A stretch of DNA of 36,494 nucleotides from the UHGV virus genome UHGV-0309737. One strand, 5' to 3'. Each line of letters starts with the position of its first letter. Position 1 is the first letter of the stretch. The translations under genes were made by a program, and so were the position numbers. The stretch is from a virus. This document shows positions 35,112-36,494 of the stretch, piece after piece. The notes beneath the pieces were generated by a model. That model had not been told where the DNA came from. It searched no databases and was given only the letters and a program-made list of their open reading frames with translations.

Positions 35112-35342
35112 ATGCGAATGAAGAATTTACCGGATGTGGCGGCGGGAACGTCGTATATAACATCCACCGTAAGCGGTAGCTACTGGCTGCTGCAACTTCT
35201 CGATAAGGTAAGCCCCAGCCAGTGGGCGGCAATCGGTGTTCTGGCCAGTATTGTTTTCGGGTTACTTACCTACCTCACCAATCTGTACTTCAAAATCAAA
35301 GACGACCGGCGGAAGGCACAGGACTATGAGCAACAAAGCTAA
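35112..35342 (+). CDS. Pinholin, phage 21 S21-like, dual-start (M1/M3)
   Basis: ...[47 protein letters not shown] near-identical pattern to S21; MRMK dual-start. Confidence 0.85.
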   Translation: MRMKNLPDVAAGTSYITSTVSGSYWLLQLLDKVSPSQWAAIGVLASIVFGLLTYLTNLYFKIKDDRRKAQDYEQQS

Positions 35343-35862
35343 GTTCAGCGCCGCCATGCTGGCGCTTCTGGCCGCCGGTGCTTCAGCGCCGGTACTGTTC
35401 GACCAGTTTATCGGCGAACGGGAAGGGAACACCCTGACGGCGGTTATCGATCCCGGCGATGTCTGGTCAATTTGCCGAGGTGTGACTCGCATCGATGGCC
35501 GACCGGTTGTGAAAGGGATGAAGTTAACGCAGCGTCAGTGCGACCATTACAACGCAATCGAACGCGACAAGGCGCTGGCGTGGGTACAAAAGAATGTTCA
35601 CGTTCCGCTAACTGAGCCGCAGAAAGTTGGTATCGCCAGTTTCTGCCCTTACAACATCGGGCCGGGTAAATGCTTCCCTTCGACGTTTTATCGCAAGCTG
35701 AATGCCGGCGACCGCAAAGGGGCATGCGCGGAGATCCGGCGCTGGATATTCGACGGGGGAAGGGATTGCCGGTTAACGAAAGGGCAGGCCGACGGCTGTT
35801 ACGGGCAGGTTGACCGCCGCGATCAGGAAAGTGCGCTGACGTGCTGGGGGCTTTACGAATGA
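35326..35862 (+). CDS. SAR endolysin (T4-lysozyme-like muramidase, R21-type)
   Basis: N-terminal Ala/Gly-rich SAR domain; E-x8-D-x5-S/T; [14 protein letters not shown] vs R21 GACDQLRRWTYAGG. Confidence 0.85.
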   Translation: MSNKAKFSAAMLALLAAGASAPVLFDQFIGEREGNTLTAVIDPGDVWSICRGVTRIDGRPVVKGMKLTQRQCDHYNAIERDKALAWVQKNVHVPLTEPQKVGIASFCPYNIGPGKCFPSTFYRKLNAGDRKGACAEIRRWIFDGGRDCRLTKGQADGCYGQVDRRDQESALTCWGLYE

Positions 35863-36218
35863 ATGGTAAAGCGAAGTTACTTATAGCAGGGGCATCGCTG
35901 GCGCTGGTCGCCGGTGTTTTCTACGTAGGATATCTGAAAGGCTGGTACGCACATTCAGAGCACGTTAATAGCCAGGCAAAGACGCGGGAAAAGAAGCAGG
36001 AAAAAGCGGTAGCGACTGGCGAACAGAAGGCGGCAACGGCGAGCGCTGAAGCCAAAGTGATTTACCGTACTGTTTATCGTGATGTGGTGAAATATGTCAA
36101 CGACCCGAATCATACTAAGTGTCAGTTTGATCCTGCTGCTGTGCAGCTGCGCCAGCGAGCAATCGACGCGGCCAACAATATCCCCGGATTTGATGAACCC
36201 GCCATGCAAACTAAGTAA
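35859..36218 (+). CDS. i-spanin Rz
   Basis: ATGA overlap with endolysin; N-terminal TM then coiled coil. Confidence 0.7.
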   Translation: MNGKAKLLIAGASLALVAGVFYVGYLKGWYAHSEHVNSQAKTREKKQEKAVATGEQKAATASAEAKVIYRTVYRDVVKYVNDPNHTKCQFDPAAVQLRQRAIDAANNIPGFDEPAMQTK

Positions 36219-36333
36219 CGCAGGTTCCGATAGTGACGCCGATTTGCAGAATGATATTCAGACGGCGGAGTGCGGACAGGAGCTACGAACAAACATTTAT
36301 CGGTGGCAATCCTGGTACCGCGCGACTGAATAA
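36094..36333 (+). CDS. o-spanin Rz1-like lipoprotein embedded in Rz (+1 frame)
   Basis: signal peptide-like N-terminus with Cys (LLLCSC); embedded architecture. Confidence 0.45.
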   Translation: MSTTRIILSVSLILLLCSCASEQSTRPTISPDLMNPPCKLSNAGSDSDADLQNDIQTAECGQELRTNIYRWQSWYRATE

Positions 36334-36471
36334 TTTTTGCTTATATAGCTGTTTTTCTGTCAGAAGATGGTGGCGCTGAATGGCGTAACTATCTGATTGT
36401 TAAGTGCTCAAATAGTATTCTATGTTCGGAATAAAATTGCATGCGATTGATAATTATATATTTCACAACCA

Positions 36472-36494
36472 ATTTAAAATCCCTCGGCGTTCGC
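36472..36494 (+). repeat. attR: start of duplicated tRNA-Leu 3' portion (anticodon loop onward), continues beyond window
   Basis: ATTTAAAATCCCTCGGCGTTCGC matches tRNA-Leu(UAA) immediately 5' of the GCTGTG.GGGTTCAAGTCCC segment seen at window start. Confidence 0.7.

Larger units (their letters stand above)
1..36494. mobile_element. Complete integrated prophage: lambdoid early/immunity/replication/lysis genes with a T7-like structural module, inserted in tRNA-Leu
   Basis: tRNA 3' end at 1-33 and tRNA 3' portion at 36472-36494; integrase/xis adjacent to left att; phage gene content throughout. Confidence 0.85.

Noticed and set aside
36340-36471. AT-rich tail between Rz1 and attR as a possible moron ORF
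   Set aside because: Only tiny ORFs of fewer than 10 codons occur here. It is probably attP arm sequence with integrase or IHF binding sites, though I could not see clear arm-type repeats.

Overview
The window holds one complete integrated temperate phage of about 36.4 kb inserted in a tRNA-Leu gene of an enterobacterial host. The left end has the tRNA 3' end (...GGTTCAAGTCCCACTCCGGGTACCA, positions 1-33); the window ends with the anticodon-to-T-arm part of the same tRNA (36472-36494), so attL and attR are both inside the window.

The leftward arm on the minus strand is lambdoid. It runs integrase, excisionase, a small CsrA-like protein, a Sipho_Gp157-like protein, a 714-aa protein with a C-terminal Rad52/Sak-type annealing motif, and two small hypotheticals. 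Next comes a PL/OL region with direct repeats and two opposing intrinsic terminators. The repressor is a 151-aa XRE-type HTH protein with no S24 peptidase domain, flanked by paired operators.

The rightward arm on the plus strand begins with Cro-like, YdaT(CII)-like, a replication organiser and a DnaB helicase. A nin-like region follows with an MT-A70 adenine methylase, DUF1367 and a Ref-like HNH nuclease. An AT-rich islet carries a perfect LexA box in front of a small ORF.

The morphogenesis module is unexpectedly T7-like (Autographiviridae type). It contains a gp6.7/7.3-like protein, gp8 portal, scaffold, gp10 capsid followed by a T-phi-like terminator, gp11 and gp12 tail tubular proteins, gp14/15/16-like internal virion proteins, small and large terminase, and a gp17-N-terminus tailspike with a pectate-lyase beta-helix. 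No phage RNA polymerase and no Q-like antiterminator are recognisable. The last genes are a phage-21-type pinholin, a SAR endolysin and Rz/Rz1.

Features that existing annotation types do not explain:
- a 15-bp palindromic element, GTC(A/G)GGATTCCGACC, found four times upstream of the late transcription units;
- a GGAAAGACC motif found about ten times and always oriented with transcription, including an identical GAGGAAAGACCAATG initiation cassette on at least six genes;
- an identical 18-bp palindrome at two distant sites;
- a GNAT acetyltransferase in the slot of T7 gp13;
- an AT-rich convergent two-gene membrane/zinc-ribbon cassette between gp16 and the terminase genes.
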